From positions 1-61,044 of IMG/VR virus record IMGVR_UViG_3300012931_000291: 61,044 nucleotides of DNA; one strand, given 5' to 3'. This DNA comes from a virus. Its lineage: Duplodnaviria > Caudoviricetes. Positions 28,587 to 38,461 of this stretch are shown piece by piece. Each line of letters starts with the position of its first letter. The stretch's first letter is position 1. The notes under the pieces were generated by a model. That model worked only from the letters and a program-made list of their open reading frames with translations. It made no database searches and was not told the origin of the DNA. The position numbers and the translations under genes were made by a program.

Positions 28587-30179
28587 ATGAGAAAAAATTC
28601 ACACGCAAAAAAACAACATCGAGAACTCGTTGATGTCGAAGCCAAGTTAAAGAAATTAGAAAGTGACATCCTTGACCCCTCTGTAGTTAATTGGATGCTT
28701 AGGGGAGGAATGCGGGGTATTCGCGAACGTTTGCTTAAAGTTGACTATGCTGTGGTCAGGAACGTTGTAGACCGCGTTCCTCTGTTAAATGCCATTGTAA
28801 AGACCCGGATAAATCAAGTTCTTCCTTTCTCTGTCTACGTGTCAGAAGATAGGGTTAAAGATGGGGAGAAGGGCTTTCGGGTTGTTCCTATTGTTGACGA
28901 GAATGTGGATGATGAGGAAGTAAAGCAGATTAGGGAGTTTATCGAGCAGACTGGGGTTGTTTACTCGTCCGAAAGAGAAGATGATTTTAGTGACTACTTG
29001 CAGATGCTCGTCCGCGAGATAGGAACGATTGACCAGATTGGGACTGAACTACAGTATAATCTAGGCGGCGATGTTGCTGCCTTTCGTTTGTTAGATGGGG
29101 CTACGTTGAAAAGGACGTCGGAGGACTATCCGAAGAAGGATATTAGATTTGTCCAGGTGATTGACGACAAGTTGATTGAGGAGTTTAATGACAACAACTT
29201 GATATTCGATTACAAAAACAAGCGAGTAGACATCAGGTTCCGGGGATATGGCTACTCCGACGCAGAAATGGCAATCGATCTCATTACCACTTTGCTCTTC
29301 GGTTACAATCATCTCCGCGATCAGTTTGTCAGGGACAAGATACCTCGTGGATTTATTTCTGTGATGGGAGACATCGACTCAAAAGGAGTTACGGCTATTC
29401 AGCAGTATTGGTATTCGGCAATGTCAGGTGCTGGGGGTCAGTGGGCATTGCCAATTCTTCCATCGGGTAAGGATGGAGTTGGCCTCGATTTCAAGGCGAT
29501 TGGTACGAGTAACAAGGAGATGGAGTATCATCGGGGGATGATGTTTCTAAGTTCGATTATCTGCGCCGTTTTTGCCATTGACATGGCTGAGTTAGGGATC
29601 AAAGCCGAGGATAGTACGTCTGTTATTGGGGCTAATGAGATTGGGCCGAGGATTGAGGCATCGAAAGATCGTGGTCTAGATAGCCTCCTCATGTTTATCT
29701 CTCAGCACATGAACAAGATCATGCGCAAAACGTGTTGGGGCAAGAAATATCGTTTTGCTTTTTCTGGTCAGGAAGTAAAAGATCAGATGAAGTTAACGCA
29801 GATCATGCAAGCTCGTCTTCAAACTGATCTAACGATTAACGACATCCTCAAGAAAGAGGGTAAGGAGGAGCGGAAGGAAGATTGGGCGAACATTATCCTT
29901 AACCCCCTGGTCGTGCAGATGGTTATGTCTGAGAAGAATGCTGCGGCACAGAAAGAAGCGCAGGAAGCCCAGCAAAACATGTTTGGTAATGAGATGTTCG
30001 GTGAGCAGGAGTCTGGAAGCAGCGAAGGTGGTGTCGAGCAGGAAGAAGAGGAAAGTCCTGAAGGTGAAGAGGGTCAAGCCGAGCAGGAAGAAGAAGTAGC
30101 CAAGTCGCAGTCCGACGATTGGAGTACATGGCGTAAGAAGTTTGCTGGACGTACGCGAGAGAGAGAGATCATCCGATGA
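28587..30179 (+). CDS. portal protein
   Basis: 530 aa, downstream of terL; LDGAT, GYGYS..E, GYN, KEMEY, AELG and LTINDI motifs; acidic tail. Confidence 0.85.
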   Translation: MRKNSHAKKQHRELVDVEAKLKKLESDILDPSVVNWMLRGGMRGIRERLLKVDYAVVRNVVDRVPLLNAIVKTRINQVLPFSVYVSEDRVKDGEKGFRVVPIVDENVDDEEVKQIREFIEQTGVVYSSEREDDFSDYLQMLVREIGTIDQIGTELQYNLGGDVAAFRLLDGATLKRTSEDYPKKDIRFVQVIDDKLIEEFNDNNLIFDYKNKRVDIRFRGYGYSDAEMAIDLITTLLFGYNHLRDQFVRDKIPRGFISVMGDIDSKGVTAIQQYWYSAMSGAGGQWALPILPSGKDGVGLDFKAIGTSNKEMEYHRGMMFLSSIICAVFAIDMAELGIKAEDSTSVIGANEIGPRIEASKDRGLDSLLMFISQHMNKIMRKTCWGKKYRFAFSGQEVKDQMKLTQIMQARLQTDLTINDILKKEGKEERKEDWANIILNPLVVQMVMSEKNAAAQKEAQEAQQNMFGNEMFGEQESGSSEGGVEQEEEESPEGEEGQAEQEEEVAKSQSDDWSTWRKKFAGRTREREIIR

Positions 30180-30275
30180 GGTGCTTGAAGACGAAAAAGC
30201 AGAAAGTCCTGGTGACTCAAACAGGCACGAATGCAGTAAACTCATCATTCCCACGCCTTAGTATAGGAGAAGAAC

Positions 30276-30446
30276 ATGCTTGAACCAGTAGAAGAGACTA
30301 GGGAGGACTTCACTGCACCACTAGGCGCACTTAAAGATCTAATCAAGAGCGACCAGAAACCCGTAAGTGATTGTACACCTCTGTTCAAGTCACGTGTACA
30401 TACTGATGTAGAGACGTCTGAGACTGACCCAGATTTCGATATGTAA
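30276..30446 (+). CDS. 56-aa hypothetical protein (not in the ORF track)
   Basis: AGGAG RBS; contains LIKS and LFKS. Confidence 0.45.
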   Translation: MLEPVEETREDFTAPLGALKDLIKSDQKPVSDCTPLFKSRVHTDVETSETDPDFDM

Positions 30447-30483
30447 CAAGGTTGAAAAGAAATCACCTTGTATTAGAAGTTGG

Positions 30484-31539
30484 GTGGGGAAGAACACCGA
30501 GAAGGAGGAAGATGAGATGATCCCGATGAAACTGAATAAGGCAGCCACAGGGGGCCCGGCAAAGCCCAAGACCAAGAAGGCCAAGGACGCGAAGTTCGAG
30601 AAAGTCATGAGGGAGTTCAAAGCCGGCACGCTCCATTCTGGTTCGGGCGAGATCGTTAAAGACAGGCAGCAGGCCTTAGCTATCGCTGCCTCTGAGGCTG
30701 GCATCTCGTACAAGAAGGCCATGGAGCCTTCTGACCTAGCGTTCCTCAAGTCCAAGATGAATGCCGGGGAGCTCGTCGAGTTGATTAAAGGAGGTGAGGC
30801 GCTAGCCACGGTTATCACGCCGAAGAAGATCTGCTACGCCTCGGTAGTCAACAGTGCCTTGTACACGCTGAAGAACATGGCTGTTATGCTCACTGACGAC
30901 GAAGTGGCGGCCAAGATCGAGATGCTTAAGACAAGCCTGGCTGTCATGCCTGACGGAGAGATCAAGACGATAGTCTTCGCAGCTCTGGACAAGCTGAAGG
31001 GCTTGAAGACTATGGACGACGACACGACGTGGAAGATCCAGGAGGCTATCAGCGGTCTAATCAGGATCACAATGGACCTCCAGAAGTCCGAGCCAGACCG
31101 CAAGTTCCTTCGCCCACTCTACAAGGCGGGGATGATCGGGAAACTCGATCACGAGTACATGGCATTCGAGGATCTTCAGAAAGCTCGGTATATTAAGAGG
31201 GAGGGTGGGCCAGGTCATTACAAGTATACCTACGCGGATGGCAAAGGTGGCGGTGGAGGCAGGGTCTCGAAGTACGAAAAGTACGTCAAGCACGAGCACT
31301 ACCAAGGGAATCCTGACGAGACGAAGCAGTCGCTAGGGTACACCATTCCCAAAGGCTCGACCATCCTTAAGACGGTTGGTTCGCAGACCCGTCCGCTCTC
31401 GTGGGAGGAAGTGGATGCTGTTGTCAAGCAGCTCCACGAGAAGTATCCTGAGGCACATGTCAGTACCGAGGAGGACTACATCCCTCACCACGGCTACGGT
31501 TACCGTGTCCACGCCTGGACCAGCAAGAAAGGCAAGTAA
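30484..31539 (+). CDS. head-region protein with DUF6496-like domain
   Basis: KVMREFKAGTLHSGSG..VK.RQQALAIA.SEA; KARYIKREG.PG.Y.Y.Y motif. Confidence 0.7.
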   Translation: MGKNTEKEEDEMIPMKLNKAATGGPAKPKTKKAKDAKFEKVMREFKAGTLHSGSGEIVKDRQQALAIAASEAGISYKKAMEPSDLAFLKSKMNAGELVELIKGGEALATVITPKKICYASVVNSALYTLKNMAVMLTDDEVAAKIEMLKTSLAVMPDGEIKTIVFAALDKLKGLKTMDDDTTWKIQEAISGLIRITMDLQKSEPDRKFLRPLYKAGMIGKLDHEYMAFEDLQKARYIKREGGPGHYKYTYADGKGGGGGRVSKYEKYVKHEHYQGNPDETKQSLGYTIPKGSTILKTVGSQTRPLSWEEVDAVVKQLHEKYPEAHVSTEEDYIPHHGYGYRVHAWTSKKGK

Positions 31540-31551
31540 GAGCAGAAGATC

Positions 31552-33504
31552 GTGAAGTTCGTCAAGCCGTCCCAGTACGCTGATCTCGTCAAAGCCAAAG
31601 GCCTCCCGATGGGGGCTGTTCGTATGTACAAAAACGGCGAGTGGTTCCGCAAAGTAGGAGGAGCGAAGGGATGGGAGTATGTCGGTAAGCAGGGCGGGGC
31701 CAAGGCCAAGCAGGTCGTGGATGAGGCCAAGACGAAAGGTTTACCGGTAGTCATGCCCTCAGCGCAGGGTGGAGGACAGAAGGCTAATGTAGTTGCTGGT
31801 GGGGCTGTCAAGAAGCCGAGGATAAACCTTGGGGCTAAGGTTCACCTAGAGAAGTGGGCCAAGGAAGATCCAGGAGCGTTCAAAGCCGCCGTCGCCCACG
31901 CTATCAACGTCAAGAACCCTCACCCGATGTTCGGCTCGGCAGACATTAAGGGCAAGATGTCTCGCTGGGACCTGGCAATGATGGTTAAAGTGGCCGCCGA
32001 GCACGGTTTGGTAGCACCTGAGCCGAAAGTCAAGCCAGTGCTCGTGAATGAGGCCAAGCAGAAGCGCGAGGTTAAAGATGAGGCCAAGGCGGAAGCCAAG
32101 GCTAGGGCAGAGGCTAGTGCTGCGAAGGCTGAGAGAGAAGCCATCCCTGAAGGATGGGACAAGATGGACTACGGCGAACAGATCGTCGCCAATCGGAAGC
32201 TGTTCGTCGAGCAGATGATGGAAGCCCGGAGAGCTAAGTGGGGTGGGAAGCCCTTCGATCCGAAGAACGCCGAGGACCACAAGAATGTTAAGCTATGGAT
32301 GAACGCCGGCTCCACAGCTCTGGTGAACATAATGGAAGCCGTCCGGAAGGATCCTGTCAAGGAGAAGCACGAGGCCAGTGTAGGGAGGGCCAAGAGGGGG
32401 AATGTCCCTAAGAGCTGGGACAAGATGGACTACGGCGAGCAGGTCGTTGCCAACCGGAAGCTGTTCGTCGAGAATATGTTGGAGGAGGCTCGAAAGGTCA
32501 AGGGGGATGAGCGGCCTTTCGACCCGAAGAATGCTGACGACCGCAAGAATGTTAAAGAGTGGATGAAAGCTGGCCCCAGGGCCCTGGTGGGGATGATGGA
32601 AGCCATCCGGAAGGATCCTGTCAAGGCCAAGCGCCAGGCCGAGGCCAAGGCAGAAGCCGAGGAGAAGAGCATCGCGGCCAAGAAGCTCCTCAAGGAGATC
32701 ATCGATAGGGACACTCCGAAGTCCCCGCAGGAGATCGCGCTTGCCCAGTCAGACGTGGTCGGGAAGAAGAACGTAAGCAATGGGCATGTCAACGTCGTCC
32801 GGGTCCTGGACATCAAGTCCCCGGAAGGCAAGGAGGCCAAGGCCATTTTCAAGCCCATCGAAGGCGAATGTGAGATGGACCTCAGAGAGGGGAATATCCC
32901 ACTTGGCGAGCAGTGGAAGAGGGAGCGCCTAACCTATATAGTCGACCAGATTGTAAATATTGGCGTTGTGCCCACGGTTGTTGTCAAAGAAGTCGATGGC
33001 AAGCCAGGTGCCATGATGGACTTCGTCGACGGCAAGGTCTGGGCTGAGGCTAGTGAGGCGATGCAGAATAAGGTACCCACGCTTGAGTACCAGAAGCTAG
33101 TCCTTCTGGACTGGCTCATCTGCAACACTGATCGCCATGGCATGAACTGGATGATTGACAACGCCGGAAAGGTGTATGCGATCGACAACGGCTTAGCCTT
33201 CCCCGAAAAAGTCAATTTTGGGGAGTGGAACGGATATAGGTGCATACCTCACCAGATCCTCCAAAGACGCCACGGCCTCGAACTGCCGGACGAGCTCAAG
33301 GGCTTGCTAACCCCGGAGAAGAAGAAGCGGATCATCGGAGCGATACAGATGTTCAACCTCGGAGGGAAGGCTGTTGAGTTGTTCGAGAAGAGATGGGATT
33401 ACCTAGTAAAACATGGAGCCTTCCCTGAGTATAACGAGGTGGAGGGATTTATGGTCCTGAATCGTGAGACGCCTAACTGGGCGTCATTGGAGAGAGTAAG
33501 ATGA
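31552..33504 (+). CDS. multidomain protein with C-terminal PI3/PI4-kinase/HipA-like kinase
   Basis: AIFKP, RERLTY, VPTVV, DWLICNTDRHGMNW and AIDNGLAFP motifs. Confidence 0.82.
   Translation: MKFVKPSQYADLVKAKGLPMGAVRMYKNGEWFRKVGGAKGWEYVGKQGGAKAKQVVDEAKTKGLPVVMPSAQGGGQKANVVAGGAVKKPRINLGAKVHLEKWAKEDPGAFKAAVAHAINVKNPHPMFGSADIKGKMSRWDLAMMVKVAAEHGLVAPEPKVKPVLVNEAKQKREVKDEAKAEAKARAEASAAKAEREAIPEGWDKMDYGEQIVANRKLFVEQMMEARRAKWGGKPFDPKNAEDHKNVKLWMNAGSTALVNIMEAVRKDPVKEKHEASVGRAKRGNVPKSWDKMDYGEQVVANRKLFVENMLEEARKVKGDERPFDPKNADDRKNVKEWMKAGPRALVGMMEAIRKDPVKAKRQAEAKAEAEEKSIAAKKLLKEIIDRDTPKSPQEIALAQSDVVGKKNVSNGHVNVVRVLDIKSPEGKEAKAIFKPIEGECEMDLREGNIPLGEQWKRERLTYIVDQIVNIGVVPTVVVKEVDGKPGAMMDFVDGKVWAEASEAMQNKVPTLEYQKLVLLDWLICNTDRHGMNWMIDNAGKVYAIDNGLAFPEKVNFGEWNGYRCIPHQILQRRHGLELPDELKGLLTPEKKKRIIGAIQMFNLGGKAVELFEKRWDYLVKHGAFPEYNEVEGFMVLNRETPNWASLERVR
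32155..32626 (+). repeat. internal ~70-aa domain duplication
   Basis: WDKMDYGEQ.VANRKLFVE...PFDPKNA.D.KNVK.WM.AG...MEA.RKDPVK begins at 32155 and at 32416. Confidence 0.9.
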
Positions 33505-33752
33505 GAATGATACAATTCAAGTCCGTCCAGGATGACGGAACGGTCAAGATCGTAGGGACGGCTAAGCTGGTCGACGGGAAGGTCGTTATTGTCACATCGA
33601 AATCTGGGCTTAAGACACGGCTTAAGACAGATGAAATCATAGGTCTCGATAACAAGGCTAAGACACCAGAGAATGGTATCGATTGGCTTGAGGCGTTACC
33701 TTACAATTATCATGGCAGTCGTTTCTTCGCCGAGGAAGTGGAGGTCAAGTAA
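33501..33752 (+). CDS. small hypothetical protein between the kinase genes
   Basis: ATGA-coupled to kinase 1. Confidence 0.7.
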   Translation: MRMIQFKSVQDDGTVKIVGTAKLVDGKVVIVTSKSGLKTRLKTDEIIGLDNKAKTPENGIDWLEALPYNYHGSRFFAEEVEVK

Positions 33753-33754
33753 TC

Positions 33755-35638
33755 ATGGTCTTGCTGAAGGCTCGGGCCATGCCCACGGGGGCTATTCGCC
33801 ACTACGCGAACGGTGAGACCTTCAGGAAGGTTGGCGGGACCAAGGGCTGGGAGTACGTGGGTAAGATGGGATCAGCCAAGGCGAAGGCAGCGGAGGAAGA
33901 AGCTAGGAAGAACGGGCTTCCAATCATCCACGCCGAGCCCAAGGCCGGTGGCGGACAGCAACAACCCCAGAAGCCCTCGACATCCAAGGCATCGACGAAC
34001 ATCGCAGTCGATCCTGCCAAGGTGAAAGCTCACCCGATCCCTCCTGACCTGAGGAAGGAGTGGCAGGCTAACGGGGGCGTGAATAATCCCGAGTACCGCA
34101 AGTGGGTTGAGGAGAACTGGGCCCAGGGTGCGGAGGAGAAGGGGATCGCGTTCCCCAGGATGAGTACCTATGAGAAGATGTCTGTCGAGCAGATGTACAA
34201 TTATGCTAGTGACAAGTTCAAAGTATCAATCGAGGACAAGATTACCAAGGAGAACAAAGCTGCTTGGCACTCAATCTTCTACCAGCTCGACACCCTCCAC
34301 GACCTAGGTTTCATCAACAAGAGGCTGCTCACAATCGGTTTCGAGAAAGACGCACTTGACAAGGACGGGAACCTTCGCTTGAACGGGGGCCTCTGCAAGG
34401 CATACTACCAAGAGAATGAGCACCGCATCGAGTTGAGTCCGAAGTACAAGGACAGCTTCGTGCACGAGTACTTCCATCATCTCGATGCCACTGGCGGAGC
34501 AGAGGACTACAAGGAGCGTATGGAAGCCCAGCTCGCGCTCATCAACGCGCTGAAAGCCACGAAGAGCTACCAGAAGTTCGTCGCGCTGGACATCAAGCGA
34601 GGCAAGACTTACTACAGCGACGTCGGGGAGATGATTGCTCGCTTGGGCGCGGAGTATGTCTATTATCACGTCAAGAACTCGGGTGAGAAGCCTGCAATTC
34701 GCATGGTACAAGCTCCGTACAGGACGGACTTCTCACCCTCAGAATTTGTCAAGCTGAAGCCACTCCTTGAGAAGGCATTCGCCAAGCAGAAGACCACTGA
34801 GCCCGGACCTGAGGAGAAGAAGCAGGGGATCTTGATTAAAGCCACTCTTGACGTAACAGCTCGCCTGGTACTAGCAAAACCCACTGTCTACTACTCGCTA
34901 GGCGAGGAGGATTTATACAAGGGAGCAGTGGTCAAGGTTCAGGACATGCCAGGCGCGAAGAGCGGGAAGACACAGAAGCTCATCCTGCTCAGCCCGACAG
35001 GAACGATCGTCGAGGCAGCGTGGAAGACTAAGCAGGACCGCGATGTTAGGAAGGGCAACATCCCAGCCGGTACGGAGTGGAAGCGGGAACGACTTGCGTA
35101 CCTAGTGTCGGAGATCCTGGGCTTGCAGAACGTGCCCCCAGTCGTAGTCAGGCGAGTTGATGGGAAGATCGGCTCCGCGATGAGCATGGTCTATGCCGAC
35201 ACGTGGAAAGCGTCAGGCCTGGAGTACAAAGATGTCTACGTCCGCGAGTGGCAGAAGCTCGCCGTTTTAGACTGGTTGATCTGTGCTACCGATCGCCACC
35301 GCCGCAACTGGCTGGTGGATGACAGCGGCAAGTTCTGGGCCATCGACAACGATCTAAGCTTCCCGGAGAAGGCGGAGTATGGTCTGTTCGAGGGCTATCG
35401 CTCCCGGCCTCATTGGTATCTGAACGAGCACCAGACACTCGCCCTCATGGACGATATCGTCCGCTTGTTCAGCCAGGAGAAGAAGAGGGAGATCCTTGTC
35501 CAGATGGTCAAATATGGAATAGCCTCGAAAGGCAGAGTGATCTTCGCTAGAAGGTGGGAGTACCTGGTGGCGGAGAAAGCTCTCCCACCCTACGTGGAGT
35601 TGGATAAGGGTTTCATGGAGAAGCCGAAGGGAGAGTGA
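33755..35638 (+). CDS. polyvalent protein: HExxH zincin (LPD1-like) domain + PI3/PI4-kinase/HipA-like kinase
   Basis: FVHEYFHHLD...YYS...EMIAR; RERLAY, DWLICATDRHRRNW and AIDNDLSFP. Confidence 0.82.
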   Translation: MVLLKARAMPTGAIRHYANGETFRKVGGTKGWEYVGKMGSAKAKAAEEEARKNGLPIIHAEPKAGGGQQQPQKPSTSKASTNIAVDPAKVKAHPIPPDLRKEWQANGGVNNPEYRKWVEENWAQGAEEKGIAFPRMSTYEKMSVEQMYNYASDKFKVSIEDKITKENKAAWHSIFYQLDTLHDLGFINKRLLTIGFEKDALDKDGNLRLNGGLCKAYYQENEHRIELSPKYKDSFVHEYFHHLDATGGAEDYKERMEAQLALINALKATKSYQKFVALDIKRGKTYYSDVGEMIARLGAEYVYYHVKNSGEKPAIRMVQAPYRTDFSPSEFVKLKPLLEKAFAKQKTTEPGPEEKKQGILIKATLDVTARLVLAKPTVYYSLGEEDLYKGAVVKVQDMPGAKSGKTQKLILLSPTGTIVEAAWKTKQDRDVRKGNIPAGTEWKRERLAYLVSEILGLQNVPPVVVRRVDGKIGSAMSMVYADTWKASGLEYKDVYVREWQKLAVLDWLICATDRHRRNWLVDDSGKFWAIDNDLSFPEKAEYGLFEGYRSRPHWYLNEHQTLALMDDIVRLFSQEKKREILVQMVKYGIASKGRVIFARRWEYLVAEKALPPYVELDKGFMEKPKGE

Positions 35639-35639
35639 G

Positions 35640-35975
35640 ATGGAGCGCCTGAGGCCATCGCAGATTCAGATGTTGATGAAATCGAAGTACCTTCGTCGTT
35701 ACCGTGGTCCAAATGGGGAGTGGGTGTATATATATAAAGAAGGTGGAAAGGACAAGACATTGTCTTTCTTAGATAATGCAGACAGTGATAATGACCCAAT
35801 AAAGGATGCTGTCAAGGCAATTCTAGCCGATGGGGAAAAGAATGGATTCGACTGGAAAAAGACATTGTCTATGGCGCAAGAAGCCGCAGCCAAAACAAAT
35901 AGGACTGAGAAAGAAAAGAAGAAGATGGCACTTGATATAGTGAAACGTGCAGTCGAAGAATATGAAGGGAAATAA
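35640..35975 (+). CDS. small head-region protein
   Basis: LMKSKYLRRYRGPNGEWVYIY motif. Confidence 0.65.
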   Translation: MERLRPSQIQMLMKSKYLRRYRGPNGEWVYIYKEGGKDKTLSFLDNADSDNDPIKDAVKAILADGEKNGFDWKKTLSMAQEAAAKTNRTEKEKKKMALDIVKRAVEEYEGK

Positions 35976-35978
35976 AGC

Positions 35979-36167
35979 ATGGCTTTAACAGTAGGTGGGA
36001 CGGAGCAAAAACCCATCGTAGACAACTGGGACGACTCGAAGCACACACCTCTCGAGAATGCAATTGTTCACCTGCTGAAGTATATGCTTAGCAGAAACAT
36101 CATCTCCTACGAGGAGCAGCAGGAAATCGCGAAGATGTTTCCGATCTTGTGGGGGAATGAGAGATGA
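35979..36167 (+). CDS. hypothetical protein
   Basis: 62-aa ORF in operon register. Confidence 0.55.
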   Translation: MALTVGGTEQKPIVDNWDDSKHTPLENAIVHLLKYMLSRNIISYEEQQEIAKMFPILWGNER

Positions 36168-36268
36168 AGAAGAAGGTAGTTAGTCAACTTTGTCTAGCCT
36201 TCAAGGAGATCTGGGTCTACCTCTTTACTGTTCTAGGTGTACTTGTTTTGGTCACCTTAATCATTTAG
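36164..36268 (+). CDS. 34-aa membrane peptide (not in the ORF track)
   Basis: ATGA overlap; MKKKVV...IWVYLFTVLGVLVLVTLII. Confidence 0.45.
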   Translation: MKKKVVSQLCLAFKEIWVYLFTVLGVLVLVTLII

Positions 36269-36272
36269 GAGA

Positions 36273-36899
36273 TTGAGTATGAGTAAGATCGTTTGGGAAG
36301 TCTTGAAAAAAGCCGAGCGAGCAAACCACAAGTACATCAAGAAAGTAGGGTCTAAGTATTTCTACACCCAGGAACAAATTGACTCATTCAAGTTGACCAA
36401 GAAGTCTGACGGCTATTATTATATGGATGAGATGAAAATTACGAACGATCCGAAGAAAGCTGAGGCGTTCGAGGAGAAAGTCAAGGAACACAAGGACGTC
36501 GGCAAGGCCCCGCTGAAGGTAGGGCAGAAGGTCCAGATTAAAAGTTCTCATCTGAGGAGTTTGGGTCGAGGAGTGGTGGGAACGATCAAAGAGATCGGCG
36601 AAGACTTTGTGCGCGTAGTGAACGAGGCAGGAAACGTCTTCCGCGTCCCGGCCTCCGCCCTAACCTTTGCTAAGAGTATTTATAGTGTGGATGAGATCCT
36701 CGAGGAGCTTGAGAAAGGGTTTAGGCGGAAGGGCTTCGGCTTTGGTGGGCCGAAGAAGGCACGGAAGGCGAGTACACCGATGGGCTCGGTCAAGGTCCAG
36801 AACGGCAAGAGGTACATGAAGACCGAGAAGGGATGGAAGGTGATGAAATCTATTCGCCTGACCATCCCGATCAAGTCGAAGGATACGGAGGAGTCGTGA
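36273..36899 (+). CDS. basic head-region protein
   Basis: LKKA..ANHKYIKK, SH3/KOW-like LKVGQKVQI and PMGSVK..NGKRYMKT.KGW motifs. Confidence 0.7.
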   Translation: MSMSKIVWEVLKKAERANHKYIKKVGSKYFYTQEQIDSFKLTKKSDGYYYMDEMKITNDPKKAEAFEEKVKEHKDVGKAPLKVGQKVQIKSSHLRSLGRGVVGTIKEIGEDFVRVVNEAGNVFRVPASALTFAKSIYSVDEILEELEKGFRRKGFGFGGPKKARKASTPMGSVKVQNGKRYMKTEKGWKVMKSIRLTIPIKSKDTEES

Positions 36900-38209
36900 C
36901 CAAGGTAGCACTCTATGTCTCGGCGAGCAGATTGGAGAAGGCTCGTGCTCACAAGTTGGCACCCCGAAAAGCTGTTGCACCGACGCGCGTACCACATACT
37001 CACCAGGAGACAAGTCCCTGGAAGGCTCACCAGCAGTTCGAGGAGCAGGCAACTACTGTCGTCTCCGACCGACTCCTCGCCCTTTTCCTCACTATTCGGC
37101 GTCAGTGGCTTCACCAGACGGGTGAGTTTCACAAAGCAGTGCCGGCAGATCAGCTTTTCAAGCTGAACGGTAGGATCTTTATCAGTCCGAAGACAGGGAA
37201 GCCACTGACGCAGAAACAGTGGGACGAGGTGGTGAAGACCTTGGACCAGTCAATGGCTCGGATTTTCAAGGACCAGCCTGACGTCTTGGTCCGCAAGGCT
37301 ATGCTCCTCGGCAAGATCTTGCAGGGTATGGATTACGAGTCGAGGATGACTTCCTCCCTGGATCAGATCCCCACTGCACTCCAACTACCAAAGGACGACA
37401 TGTGGCAGAACGCCTACACCTTCGGCCGCCAGCATGCTGCGGAGCAGATGGTCGACTTGGAGGCGTCGGCACGGAAGAAGATCTCGACGACTATCTTGAA
37501 TGCGATTAAGAACAAGCAGACTACTAGGCAGCTCGAGGTCGCACTATTCGACGAGTTTGCTGACCTAAACCGCGATTGGAGGATGATAGCCGAGACTGAA
37601 ATTGCGACCAATGTCAACGCTGGGATTCTTATGGAAGAGACAGGGGACAGGAAGGAAGGGGAGACGGTCTACATGATCGGCATCTCTGCCCCTGGTGCTT
37701 GTTCTGACTGCATGCGGCTCATCAATAAGCAGGTCGTAGTTCTCTCCGATGAGCCTACGCCGAGCGGGACGATGAAGATTGATGGCGAAGAGTATGATGT
37801 TATTTGGATAGGTAAGAACAACATCGGGAGGAAGGGTTCCAACCTCTGGGCGTGCACGCCGCTTCACCCTCATTGCCGGTGCTCGTGGACTCGGTACTAC
37901 CCGGAGATGAAAGAACTCCTTGGTTTAGGGAAGTCGGTCAAGGAGCCAGAGGAGAAGATAATGATAAAGTTGGCTGACATCTTCACTGGGAAAGGATCGA
38001 AGCGGCCCGACTCGGACTTCAACCAGACTGAGTTGGCTATTGGGATCTGGATCGAGGGCGAGCACACAAACAACTTCGACGCCGCGAAGTACATTGCTAA
38101 GGATCACCTGACTGAGAGGGAAGACTACTACAAAACACCGCTCTTCAAAGATGAGCGGGCAAGGGCGTTGAAGGAGCTGGGGAAGAAAGCTAAGGAAGTG
38201 ACGTCGTGA
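36896..38209 (+). CDS. MuF/SPP1 gp7-like head morphogenesis protein with C-terminal DUF5661-like extension
   Basis: DWRMIAETE, ACSDC and PLHPHCRC motifs; C-terminal GIWIEGEHT...IAKDHLTE..DYY. Confidence 0.8.
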   Translation: MTKVALYVSASRLEKARAHKLAPRKAVAPTRVPHTHQETSPWKAHQQFEEQATTVVSDRLLALFLTIRRQWLHQTGEFHKAVPADQLFKLNGRIFISPKTGKPLTQKQWDEVVKTLDQSMARIFKDQPDVLVRKAMLLGKILQGMDYESRMTSSLDQIPTALQLPKDDMWQNAYTFGRQHAAEQMVDLEASARKKISTTILNAIKNKQTTRQLEVALFDEFADLNRDWRMIAETEIATNVNAGILMEETGDRKEGETVYMIGISAPGACSDCMRLINKQVVVLSDEPTPSGTMKIDGEEYDVIWIGKNNIGRKGSNLWACTPLHPHCRCSWTRYYPEMKELLGLGKSVKEPEEKIMIKLADIFTGKGSKRPDSDFNQTELAIGIWIEGEHTNNFDAAKYIAKDHLTEREDYYKTPLFKDERARALKELGKKAKEVTS

Positions 38210-38451
38210 ACGAGAAGATCGTCTCCGCGGCTTGCAAGAGAGGGGAAAAGGTCTGGACCGGCGAGAGACATAATAAGATCATCGAGCAGATGTTTAACGA
38301 AGGTTTGGGCATGCCAGTCCGCCAGTCCGAGCAGGGCTTTCTCACTTCCGAGGGGCGGTTCGTCGATCGATACGACGCTGCTGTCCTCGCCTTTGAGGCC
38401 GGCCAGACCGAGATCCTGAAGAGCTGCCTCAGTTCAGAAGATTTGTGGTAA
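38206..38451 (+). CDS. hypothetical phage protein
   Basis: G.RH, QGFLTS.GRFVDR..A and L.SEDLW motifs. Confidence 0.7.
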   Translation: MNEKIVSAACKRGEKVWTGERHNKIIEQMFNEGLGMPVRQSEQGFLTSEGRFVDRYDAAVLAFEAGQTEILKSCLSSEDLW

Positions 38452-38461
38452 AGGGGAGTCC

